The position numbers and the translations under genes are program-made. 64,000 nt of DNA from Takakia lepidozioides (lineage: Eukaryota; Plantae; Bryophyta): positions 77,314,001-77,378,000 of the forward strand of contig CM060731.1 in NCBI GenBank assembly GCA_030704615.1, given 5' to 3'. Of this stretch, positions 40,640-52,200 are shown one piece after another; the stretch's first letter is position 1, and each line of letters begins with the position of its first letter. Below the pieces are notes generated by a model. The model had not been told where the DNA came from. It saw only the letters and a list, made by a program, of their open reading frames with translations, and did not search any database.

Positions 40640-42540
40640 GATCTTGACGATCCAACGGATGACATACGGCACATCGCGGAGTTAAGCCGCTCACCGTCCG
40701 TTCGATCGTCAAGATCTCAATCTCAATCTCAAGATCTCGATCGCAATCCAACGGCGGTGATGTTTGATCTAACCCCCAGGTGTCACCATAAACCCTACCT
40801 TTATTTTGTGAGAGAGCGTCATTTGACCCAACTCTCAACTATGGAGGGTTAGGTCAAACACGTTTATTTTTGTTTTTGGGCTTTTGTTTTTGGGTCGGAC
40901 GAAAGTCATTTGATTGCAAAGACCTCGACGTGTGCGCCGAAGTTCGACATCACCATCCGCAATTGATTGTTATTTTGTTTTTAATTTTTTTCTCTGGGAA
41001 GCAGAGAGATGTTGGATCGAACGGATGGGAGGACCAGTTTTTTCTTTTTAATTCCATATGTACTATTTGTTTATTTTCCACTTAGTTGTCATCTATTATC
41101 AACCTTTTATTTTACCTGAATGTGCACCTCAGTGGCGGCTGGGGTTATTTTTTGTGGTGGGCTCAATAATTAAGACCTCGATGTGTACGTCGAACCTCAA
41201 TAGTTAAGACCTCGGCGTGTGCACCGAGGTTCGACGGAACCCTCAGCAGCTGATTTTTTATTTTTTGGCTTTTTTTTCGGAGGCTCGGAAACCATTGGAT
41301 CACAGAGATCCAACGGACGGGAGGACCTACTGCTAATTTTTACCCTATTTTTTATATTTTATTTTCTAGTTAGATATTATCTACTTTCTATTTCTTATTA
41401 TATGTGCAAAACAACGTGAAATTACCTGCAGAGAGTAATTATAAATCTAGTCCTACAAGGCAAAGCAAACAAAGGGCGCAAAAATCGAACCTGTAACCTT
41501 TTGACCCAGATTCGTCAATCATACCAACAGACTACACATGAGATTTTGAAAAATCTATCGTTCATAGTATATATATTGAACACAAAGTAATAAGGAGCAA
41601 TTCAAATGTTGAAGTGCGCCAAGTTGTTTTTTTATTTTTTGTTATGGAAATCTAATGTCTATTATTTTTTATATTTTGTTTTGTTTTATATTGGGTTTTT
41701 TTTCTCCTGGGCTGGAGGCCGTTGGATCACAAAGATCTAACGTCCGTCCGTTCAGGTATTATTGGAATTTATAATATTTTTTTTATTTTTTATTTTAATA
41801 TACTTTACATTTCTGTGTTGGGTTTTTCGAAGCCGTCGGATTTTGAAGATCCAACGGCGTAGAGATCTCACCTAAACGTCAGCGCAGGGGTGGCGTCTAG
41901 GGCTAGGTCTCTTAGAGACCCCCGCCGTTGGATCTTTCCAATCCAACGGACGTTGGGTTTTGTTGTTTTGTTTTAATTTGTTTTTTGGTGGCTGATCCCG
42001 CTGACTTTTCCAGGCCTCGTGGACCCACACCAGGCCGCATGCCGGCGCGTCGCCACAAGCCAATGGACGATGGTTTTTTTTTTTTTTTTTTTTTTGGGGT
42101 GGCGGTGGCCTTTGATGGCGCTGGGGATGCACGCTCGCCACGTGTCCAGGTGCGGTAGTTTTTTTTTGTTTTTGTTTTGTTTTTTTTCTTAAAATTGTGG
42201 TGGCGGCGTCTGCTGACGGTGCCGACGCACGCTTGGCGCGACCGCACGTGGCCAGACGCGGAAGTTTATTTATTTTTATTTTTATTTTTTTGTTTATTTA
42301 TTTATATTTAATTTGTTGGGTGGCGGCGCCCGCCGACCCACGCCAGGCCGCACGCTCGGTGCGTCGCCACATGGCCACGTGTCGTCGCGCTGGTGTTTTT
42401 TTGTTTTTAAGGGTTTCATTTTTCAGGGCTTTGTGAAAGCTGTTGGATCCAGCATCCAGCATCCAACGACCAGGGTCGACATTGTTTATTTTGTCTTTCA
42501 TTTAGCTGATGCCGTTGGATCTGGCCAGATCCAACGCAGG
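40640..42540. promoter_or_regulatory. Cluster of MSA-like (ATCCAACGG) motifs in inverted pairs plus G-boxes; putative intergenic/promoter region of element B
   Basis: CCGTTGGAT-N7/8-ATCCAACGG at 41292, 41719, 41833, 41925 and 42512, with singles near 40650 and 40747. CACGTG near 42139, 42245 and 42376. GA-rich tract follows (42610-42860). Confidence 0.5.
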
Positions 42541-43650
42541 GGGTTTGCCCTAACTCTTCAGCCACCACCTCTACTGTGAGTAGGGACGTTGAAGCTGCTG
42601 CGAGTCGAGAGATTGCGAGAGAGAGGGACAGAGCTTGGAGCGGTGGAGCTGCGGAGCGTTAGAGTGGCGGGCTGGTGCATAGGGGCATCACTTCACATTT
42701 GGGTTTCCTAGCCTAAGAGAGAGAATGAGGAAGATGAGAGAGAGAGCAATGAGCAATGCATGTTTTAGGTTCATTTTCAATCTCACTTTCTTTTCACCTT
42801 GTGTTTGCTGTTGGGGTTTCTTGCCCTAAGAGAGAGAGAAGGAGAGAGAGAGGGGAGAGATGGTAAGGCATTGAAAACTGAATATTGTCTTAAAGTTTCC
42901 AACAAAATGTCCATTGCATCTCCTTTCCTCTTAGCTTCTATTTGCTGTTTGGGCTTCCCGTCCTAAGAGATAGAGAAGGAGGGAGAAGGGAGAGAGGCAA
43001 GGGGATTAAATTAGATAATAAATTTATTATCTTCAGGTTGCGGCAATTGCAATCTTCATTTCCCTGTGAGCTTCTATTTGTTGTTCGGGCTTCCCGACCC
43101 CGAGTTATTTTCAGGTCTTCTAATGGCTTTGGTACAGTAGACTAGGGCCAACCAGAAGTTATTGTCATTACCACCATATTGGTTACCTTGTTTTCCATTG
43201 TCCTTATTAGATCTCTTTTTATACCTTTCAAGCTAATAGATGTATTTGTGGAAGGGTCAATCAGTGGATAGAGGGCATTTGAAGCATCTAGACACACCGA
43301 AACACTTCGACATGGCATCCAGTAGCAGGTAAATGCAGACTTATTAATTCATTGTGTTGTCTTGTTTTCCTTGATTTCTATTGTCTTTTCTTGTCTTAAC
43401 TTGGCTCCAAACCATAGATCCAAAACTGTAACACCCAAATGCAAAGAGCCCCAAACTTTCAAATCGATTTCGAATTCTACTGCAATTTCAATTGTTAATG
43501 TAATGCACTGCACATGCATAAACAATGCATAGGAAATGAATTGAGCGTTACTTGTACCATGGAAACACTACTTGTAACCACCCAAATTCCCAAATATGAG
43601 ACAACAAATCATAAGACCATATGCGTACACGATCGATAGTGAGTCGTAGA

Positions 43651-46600
43651 ACGTCGACATTAATGTCTAGAAAGTCTAGAAAGTCTAGAAATATAGCAAA
43701 CAACTTCCTGGTTCACGTAATCATGAAAAGCTAATGTCAGGAACATCGATATGAGTGTCGACGTTGTGGAGATTAATGAGGTCAGGTTAGGTTGGGAAAT
43801 GCGGTTCAAAGAGGTTGGGTTAGGTTCGGTTTTCATGAGATTGAGTTTCACTGACGTCAATTTGGATTCTTGTACTGAGGTAAGATGCGGCAGGCTAGGT
43901 TGGGTGAGGTTTTTACATTAGCGTCTTCGTGGCGAAATGTCCCACTATTTCTTGACATATTTATCTGGAACCTCGACATTTGCGTCGACGTTCATTAGAC
44001 CTGATGTAAAATCTTTTGTCCCTTGCTTAGGATCATACTGAATTCGACATAGGTAGTAGAAGAAATGTTCCAAAAAATAGTACTCCTTAGTCTCCTCCAA
44101 AGGGACGTCGATATTCATGTCGACGTTGAGAATTTGGAACAAATTTTTTAGAGAGGTAGGACCAAATTAATTTTCTGTTTGAGTGAACTGAGGCAGTTCG
44201 TAGGTGGTTGTGTAGGAGTGATTACTCTGGAAAGGATGAAACGACCCAATACTGATCGAGCTTTTACCCAATTTCCGGAACTCCCGAATACGAGCTTCCG
44301 GACTTCATTGAACCACCTGAAATAGGCTACTCATCATCCGGTTCAAAGGCAGTGGACTCGTCTGGATATTGTCTGTCCTCCCCTGAGTATATGCCAACCT
44401 CACCACAATACATTCGTTCCTCTAAACGAGATAGCCAACGGCCATATGAATACATGTTATTCTACCCTACCTATGTTCCAGAAACATACAGTCCAGAGAC
44501 TTACGTTCCACGCACGTCATACCCCGAAGAATATGAACTACCCATGGACAATGTCTGTGCCGAGATTCTTGGGCTGTCGGGAACTCAAGGTCAAGATCAA
44601 AAGATAAGTCCTCTTTTGGAACCTGTTTGGTTAGGCCGAATCTATTGTGATGAAGACACTGGTCTCTGGACATTTGAGTAATGTTGTCTCATTGTTGAGG
44701 AATGTGTTGTAAATCTCAGTTGCTCTCTGATGTGAATAAAAGATGAATCTTTACAAAGTTTTTTCAATGTGTTTGAGTTTACAAACCTTGTGGGATTTGG
44801 TTTGTCCTTCATTATATGTGGAAAAGATAGAGTGATTAAATATCATGGTCACGTCGTAAACATTTTCTGACGTCGACATTAATGTCGAGGTGTTTTCCTG
44901 ATCAAATATTGGACATCTGGCTTTTGCAATTCTCAAGCCTCCGAAGACTACCAACCCGGAATGTCTGCAGACATTTGTGGGGATTTCTTATCTGTCAGAT
45001 CCCCGGGATACAAGACCGAACATGTAGCTATATACAAATTAAATAGCAGCATAAAAGAATAGGGCATTGAAGTCGATGGGGAACCTCCAGATCACAAGCT
45101 CCAGTTTCAGTACAAGACGGGAAGCAATGTTACAGAGCTCAAGTACGTATACGTGAAGGAAGTGGAAACCCAGACGAATATGCAGTCTCCAATGCTGGTG
45201 ATCTTTGTTACTGATGATGGAAGGGTGCTAAAAACCTTCGAGTACGTAGCATCTGGAAATTTTGTCCGCAAGAACCTCATGAAACAATCAATAAAAAAGG
45301 ATTCAAGTGCAATGAAGACAGCAACATCGGTCAGGATACCAAATCATTTATCCGCTCCTGGGGCCGTTTTCAAGATGTATTGTTCGTAGCCGGTAATGAA
45401 AACATGGAACAAAGAACGGAAACACCAGCAAGACAAAGACGTAAGTCTACGGCAGGGTCATCAGTAACAGAACAGGATCAGGAAGATGTTGGATCATCCT
45501 CAAAGAAGCGGAAACCAAAGAAATCCATTGATCCAGCCCTTGCTCCCGACGTAAAGAGACCCAAGACAGCCGACATTTACGACAAGGATAAGTCAATAGA
45601 ACTGACAAAAAATCTAGTAGAATACTACGGAGACATGTTTCCATTCGGTTTTAGTAGAACTTTCAAAATACCGATATCGCGAATGAATCTTGCTCCTAAA
45701 TTTATGGTTTACCGGCCCTTGAACCTCAAGCACAAGGATGAGGTTAAAACCAGACTCCTGCAGCTCCGACATCTGGATGCCCAACATCCGGTATACCTCA
45801 CTCCAATTGATCTAGAGAAGGAGGACAATGTATGTGAGAAGATACCAACGAGATCAGCGGAGATCGACGATGCTTCGACGAAATTTTTCATTATCGGAGG
45901 GCAACACACGATCGTGGCTGCCAAGGTATTCGCTAACCAGATCTATGTCTCTCGACTCTAGAATTCAACAAATAGATTTTCAATTGGTCTAAAACCTCGA
46001 CATTCATGTCGACGTTATATGTTATGGACGTCTATTAAAATGAAGTAGGATACCGTCGAGTCAATTGAACGTCGACATCAATGTCGACGTCAAATGAATT
46101 AAATCTTTACAACATGGAATTGTGTCTGTAGGAACTTGTTGAGGATTTGGATACAGACGAGCAGCTCGTAAACTACTTTGGAGAATGGCCGGCCAGAGCA
46201 CTTGCAACTGGTGGAGCTCTCCAAGCTTCTAAATGATCCGAACAAAGCACAAAAGTTTGACACGACTTTTAGCGAGAAATTGGGTCACCTGAGAAGCTAT
46301 TATGCATCAATTGGAAAGCCGCCGAAATACAATGATAATGCAAAAAAGAACGAGACTGGCTTGTGGAATGTAAACATTATTCTAATAGTTTTTTTCTTCA
46401 TTTATATACATACTAGTATTTAGATAGGGGTTTTGGAATTCCCTCACTGATAATTTGTTGGGTCTGAAAATAATTGTGCTCTTCATCCCAGGAGTTTATG
46501 CAAGTGGCACTGGTTATACTAGAGAAGAACTCCTCGAAAGAAGCGTTGGCATTGGTCCATGCTGATGAGGACGTCTGGGAGTTGTGGGAGACTGTGTTTC

Positions 46601-47806
46601 GAAATTGGGACAAGGGGGAGCTCATTGATGCTATGGGGATTGTATGCAACTCTGAGCAGGTTCCATTGACCAAGTCGGCTATCCAAAAGCTTCAAGGGCT
46701 TAACCAGCGGCCGATCAAGAAGGTGGCACAGAGGATCCTGGACTTGAGGGTGAGCATTATAAATCCATATAAGGGTAAGGATCAAACCTTGAGGAGCATG
46801 AACGACTACATTGATTACATGAAAACACGAAGGTTTGTGGTTGATGACATCATGGTGGTACTCGGAGGAGCAGAGCGGTCCAAAAGCAATCCAGAACCGT
46901 ACACGAAGGAGGAATGGACAAAGGTGAAACATGACCTCAAAATCACTAAGACAGTTTTTAAGGCCATGTAGTCCAAAACAATGGCGGAATATTTGGCAGA
47001 CAAGGCCAATATGAATAAGGTGACACCCTCGATCCCGGAGCCATTCAGGAGCTATGTACTGTCTTGGAAGAAGAAAATTGAGGAGATGGCGATCTACAAC
47101 GACGACCTGACATGATCATTCAAGGACCGCTATGTCATGCTGGGTGCAAAGAGGAGGTTCTCGAACGCTGTCAGCCGTCTTTCATTCTTCAGCAGGAATA
47201 AATTTCAAAACATTGGTATGGTCTTTGTGAACACAATTGGAGACAAAGAGGATCTTGTGTTTGAGAGGAATGACTACATCACCATATTGTCTGCCTTTAG
47301 GAAGCGCAATGTCTTTTCAAACATATTCGTGTTCTTCTCAACCCAAGCTTCCTCATCAAATCTTGTTTCTTACGTGCGGTACGGTGGGGGTTCCACGAAG
47401 TACATTCTTCTTCAGGAAGTCTACCTCCCTGGATCAGAAGAGCGCAAATATGCAACCATCTTTGCTGCTTCCGCACGCCCTGTGTTATGCCTCGACTACG
47501 TCTTTCTTGCAATAGAGAACCAGTTCAAGACCCCAGACGCACACGTCCTGACAACTCTTTTCAAGAAGCCCTTGGAACCCGTGCTGCATGGCACAGAAAT
47601 TGAGCTCAGTGATAGAGAAATGGAGCTAAGAGTGTACAAGCACGAGCTACGGAGTCAGGTTTATGAAATCCTCGTTGGTCAGTTCTGTCAGGAGGGGATG
47701 TCAGCCTTCAATATATTTGGTGGTCCTATGCTCAGCTACCATCTTCAGGTGAGCTAAGGATAATCACCTCCTCGTTGTTACGACTCAAACGTCGACATTT
47801 AACATC
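43651..47806. repeat. Element-B palindromes, right group, in introns of the second ParB-like gene
   Basis: Copies at 43651, 43743, 43970, 44105, 44870, 45994 and 46069, half-site at 47789. Same-geometry variants ACCTCG-N10-CGA at 40922, 41175 and 41209. Confidence 0.88.
44352..44681 (+). CDS. Small Tyr/Pro/Ser-rich ORF nested in the predicted intron 1 of the second ParB-like gene
   Basis: SPEYMPTSPQY...YPTYVPETYSPETYVP. No in-frame ATG at the ORF start; an out-of-frame ATG lies at 44236. Confidence 0.3.
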   Translation: MDSSGYCLSSPEYMPTSPQYIRSSKRDSQRPYEYMLFYPTYVPETYSPETYVPRTSYPEEYELPMDNVCAEILGLSGTQGQDQKISPLLEPVWLGRIYCDEDTGLWTFE

Positions 47807-48789
47807 AACTGCCACTACTATTATATTGATTTCGTCCTTTGAATTTTGTTGACTTGGAAATAACAGTGATCAGTTCTTTTTGTAGGCACACGGAGTTCGT
47901 GTTGTGGATATAAACCTAAAGAGTCATGTTGAACATTGCAATGATAAGATGGAGACAACATTCAAGGTCCTCGAAGTGGAGAAAGGAATAAAGTTTCAGG
48001 AAGAAGGAGATGCCGAAAAACATGACGGTGCTTCTAACACAAACAAGGTTGCGGAGGTCTCTGATGAGGATGAGGACACTGAGGACGAAGTGGATGTTGT
48101 GGACAAAGAGGAGATTGAGGAAGAACCACATGTTGATGAGGAAGCAGAAGATGACATCGATGGTCAAGAGAGTGGTGGGAGCTCGGACGAGTCCACTGAG
48201 GACAAGGAATCCGAAGGAGGATGATGATGACGTTGAACAGCAGAGGGCTGAAAAGCTTGAAACAGTTGGAGCAGTTGGATCAGCTGGTGGTCCTGACAAC
48301 AACGGGACAATTGAGGAAATAAAAAAAGATGACCATATTGAGCAGGCAGTTCACGAGGCTGATGAGGGTAATAATGAGGGTAATGAGGTCACATGGCTCA
48401 ATGACGAGACCAGTATGGAGGACTTGGATAGGGTTGTGGAGACTATGGTTTTGGAGAGTCTCGGAGATGTTGGTGTTGGAAGCAATAATCTGGAAGTACA
48501 AAATAAGCAAGCTATGGAGACAAAATCAATCATTATTGCTAATGATTCTGAGCCTGACACATTCACGCCAGCTGCTGGTGATTTTCCAATCGGCATAGTA
48601 TCCCCAATAGCGGGGCGTAGCAGAGAGCGGAGGATGAAAACCAAATTGGAAAATCACTCAGAAACCCTGCAAATACTGGATATTTCCCTCTTACTTGTAA
48701 TGGGTCAAAAAATAAGCTGTCTAATATAAATGATGCAGTGTGGCCATTCATCTCAAACATGATAGGAGTATCCAGTGTTGTTGAGTATG

Positions 48790-49200
48790 TGAGTGAGCGC
48801 TCATCTTATTTATCAGCACATTCCAGCTCACTCATTCATACTACTCAAGCCCACTGACATGCCCTATGGACCTCCTTACATTTTCCAGTCCACACCACCG
48901 GGACTGTGTCTTTGGAGCCATAGGCAACGCTACCCAGCACACCTGGATAGGCCGGGGCTTTGCCCCCCCCCCCCCCCGGCCCCCTCACACACGAAGCTGC
49001 AAAATTAGCAGCGCACTCATCCCCTTCCACTTCCACCATCCTCATCCTCACACAACAAAACTCCCCTTGCCCCTCTCACCCCCTGCTATGTCTCCCGCCA
49101 GAAGTCAACCTACTTGCTACAATAGACCCAAACCAGCTTAAATATGTCCACACACCCCCCCTCCCCAAATACCTCAACCAGAAGGAACCAACACTATGTC
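48790..49200 (+). mobile_element. Probable C-rich LINE fragment left of the gypsy insertion
   Basis: Abrupt switch to the A/C-rich strand bias seen in the LINE copies at 18.5-21.5 kb and 59.6-61.3 kb. No diagnostic motif. Confidence 0.35.
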
Positions 49201-52200
49201 AAGTTATTTTACCACTAGTGTGAAGTTAGCTAGGAAATAGCTAGCTTTTATATATTGACATTTGGGATTGACCCAAGTGTCAATCCAGGGGCCAATACAT
49301 GTTTGGGCACCTGGCGTTGTTATCTTCATTGTAGATCGCGGTGGGCTCATTTTTCTCGAGTTGACCCTCACCGCGTCTAGCTATGGTGTCGTAGTGTGGA
49401 TTCCCCATGGCGTGGGGTGTACTTGGCTCGACTTAATATATGAGTGATGTTTTCATGTGCAAGTGTGTGAGTTTGAGAGAGCTTGTATGCTTGCATTATT
49501 CTTTCCCTTATCACTCGAGAAAGATGAGCTCGAGTCTGTGAGTGCCAAGTTCGAGTTAGTTGTAGCACTTGTGTTTTCAGATCATGAGAAGCGGTTCAGC
49601 CTAGAGTGCAGGGAGCCGTGCATGAGCCTATCCAAAGCGGATAGAGTGCAAAGGCAAACAGGTTGCAGGTTTGCCATGGATAGAGAGGCGGTCAGTGTTG
49701 CGTAGCTCAACGCTATGGCAACCAAGTTTGGGCTTCTAGTGTGAAACGGAGGAGATGCTGGCCACGAGTGGGCAAACTGGTGGTCGTCTTCTTCAGCTGC
49801 AGGCCGAGTTAAGGAGCTATAGGAATGTGGGTTGCGCATGGGAAGCTAGCATGTTGCAGGTTGGAGATGATATGATCAGCTCCAGGTATTTGCCCGAAAC
49901 GAGTTGTTGCGGGTAGATGAGAAGCAGCCGAATGGTGGAGCTGCGAGGGGATGCATCGCAGCCTGTTGGGAGCTTCAGCTCCAAACTCATGAAGAGGTAT
50001 GAGTGAAGAGAGGGGGCTGGTCCCTCTTGTGTGTAAATCAGTGCACTTGTGAAGCATGTGCTTGAGTCAAAAGTTTCAATCTGAAACTCTAGCACGGCGA
50101 GGGCTCTTGGAGTGGCAAGAGCGGGGGGCTGGAAGGACAGCAACAAGGCGTCCTATAGCCAGGGAAGGTGCAATAGAACTGCAGGTACACCAAGTTTGTA
50201 AAGGTGTGTATTTTCAGATTCGTTTTTGTGAGCTTTGTGAAAAAATGGAGCTTGTTGGGCAGCATATAGCTTGCTTGTTGAGTTGGGGGCGCTTCTAGTG
50301 GGCCGTGAGAGCTCAGGAGTGCAGGGCGACAGGGCTGATGGCTCCACAGAAGCCATAGCTCGTCGGTAGCAGGTGCTGGAGCAAACCCCAGCTCGGGAAC
50401 GCGTGGGAACGCCCCGGAAACTCATGGGAACTCATTGGGAGTTCCAGGGAACGCAGGGAATAGTGGCCGTGATGGGCCGTTGGGGCGGTATCACGAGATA
50501 CCACGAGCCCAGGTCGTGATGGTTGACCGTGACTGTTGGAAGTCGTGGTGCGGACACAACGGGTGGGCACGGTGACCAGATCGTGGGGATGGCGGGCCGT
50601 GAAGGCTCGTGGGAGTGGTACCACGGGGTATCACTGGGCAGCCCGTGGCCAACGAGTGACTAGGGCGGGCCGTGAGGAGTAGTGGCGGTTGGAGCCACGG
50701 AAGGCCGCGAACAAGCAGAGTGGAAAAAAAAAAAAATATAAAATAAAATCTTATTCACTCGTTTCGTGGGACCTTGATGGGGAGGCTGGGCTCTGAAGAA
50801 CAACGGTTTTGAGCTAGCTGATCCGGCAGAAAAGTCGGAATTGCCTCCCTGTTGTGTTTTAACAAAGGGGATTACTTCCCTGCAGGTAATCTTTTCGGGT
50901 TTTCAGCCCAGTTCTTAACTATGGGGGAGACCAGCCTGCAGGTAATTCCTTTGGACAGAATGTTGTTGGGGCCTATATGTACCTCTATTTGCTCCATTTT
51001 TTAACCTTCAGTGAACGGCGTGATTTCCTGAGGTGGTTCCATTATGAGGAATGACTGGTGGACAAGAGGAGGCACTGGCGGACCCTATGGAGGCTTGCAT
51101 GGGGCCCTGGAGGCCAAGTTTCATGAGCTCGTGGATGAGGAGTGCCTACAGGATGCTCTCATGGTCATGCAAGTGAGAGAGGAGAGGGAAAAAGAGGGTG
51201 TTGGGATGAGAGCGTGTTGGGGATAGGCATTGCTTTAGCTCCATTCCTCGTAGCTTTCCACCTTCTCTGTAGGCCGAGACCTTTCCGTAGGTGGAGGCAA
51301 GAGTCAGTCCGGGTTTGGGCTGGGTTGCAGGAGCGACACTGTGGAGTTGTTTTTGGTGTGGGGGAGTTGTTGTTTTCATTCTTGTGTTTGGATCCCCTCC
51401 ACACCTGCATGCTTGATTGTGCGCCATGCTAGTTTTGTATGGGCGCTTGATTTTATAGGTGGTTGACTCGGGCTTGATCGCCGATCCAACCCTAGAGCAT
51501 GTTGTCGATGGTGAGGCTGGGTTGATGACCAGTCAGACCATCTTTGTTTCTCCTGTGGTGAGGTTGGAGGTAATGACCAGCCAACCATAGGAGTGCCTGC
51601 GGTGGATGCAGGTGCAGGTGCAGGTGCAGGCTATGTTAGGAACCTAGTATTCCAAACCATAAGCCGCATCAGGTTCTCTACTCGGTTACCTTGTGGAGAG
51701 GGGGTTAGAGACAGGTTCATGACCGGTTGAGTGCCAGTTTGTCAACACGGAGGTGCCACTAGTTGCTGGGGAAAGTGCCGGTACGAGCACTAGCGATACT
51801 AGCGGGTATACGAGACGGGGTGTGCGGTTTAGGCCACCTTCACCTCCTGTGTCTTCTATGGAAGGTTCTGATTCGGATTGTGAATCAGGATGACTCACAC
51901 CGGCGGTGCAAGTTAATTCCTTGCCATTGTTGTGGGACACGATGGAAGAGATGTATGGAGCCACCAAGGGGCCACGTAGGTACTCTGGGGCGGTGGGCAC
52001 CATTGAGTTGGATGATTTTATCCAATAGTTTGATAGTTGGTGTGACTTGCAACAAATGCTCAATCCACAACTGTTTACGCCTTTTATGGCATGGAAGGGG
52101 CTGTTTCAGCACCTTGAGGGGCTGCCCATGGATGATTACCATGAGTTTAGGCGGGGGCACAATGTTGAGATCGAGGAGTGGAGGATGTACTAGTCACCCG

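Larger units (their letters stand above)
43312..48730 (+). pseudogene. Second spliced ParB/Srx-like gene with degenerate MTase-like C-terminal fold and acidic tail
   Basis: Putative exon 1 ATGGCATCCAGTAGCAG/gtaaat (43312) splices in frame to 44999. Contains IPISRMNLAP...YRPLN...FFIIGGQHTIVAAK (GGQHT at 45896-45910). C-terminal ELRSQVYEILVGQFCQEGMSAFNIFGG sits where MTase motif I would be, then a D/E-rich tail. Several stops and frameshifts. Confidence 0.68.
21560..48780. mobile_element. Large DNA transposon B (inferred extent): Sola-like transposase <- promoter -> ParB/MTase-fold gene, interrupted by element A
   Basis: The same 22-bp palindrome family occurs on both sides of element A (26.5-28.5 kb and 40.9-47.8 kb), and the two genes are divergent. 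True termini not found; both ends abut LINE sequence. Confidence 0.55.

Noticed and set aside
33861-48730. Bacterial, plasmid or phage contamination suggested by ParB and MTase motifs
   Set aside because: Both genes have multiple GT-AG introns, most of them frame-consistent, and are embedded among plant TEs and genes.
49200-51900. 5' LTR/PBS or extra genes of the DNMT-gypsy element
   Set aside because: No sequence matching the 59420-59603 LTR, no TSD and no recognisable protein motif. Left unannotated.
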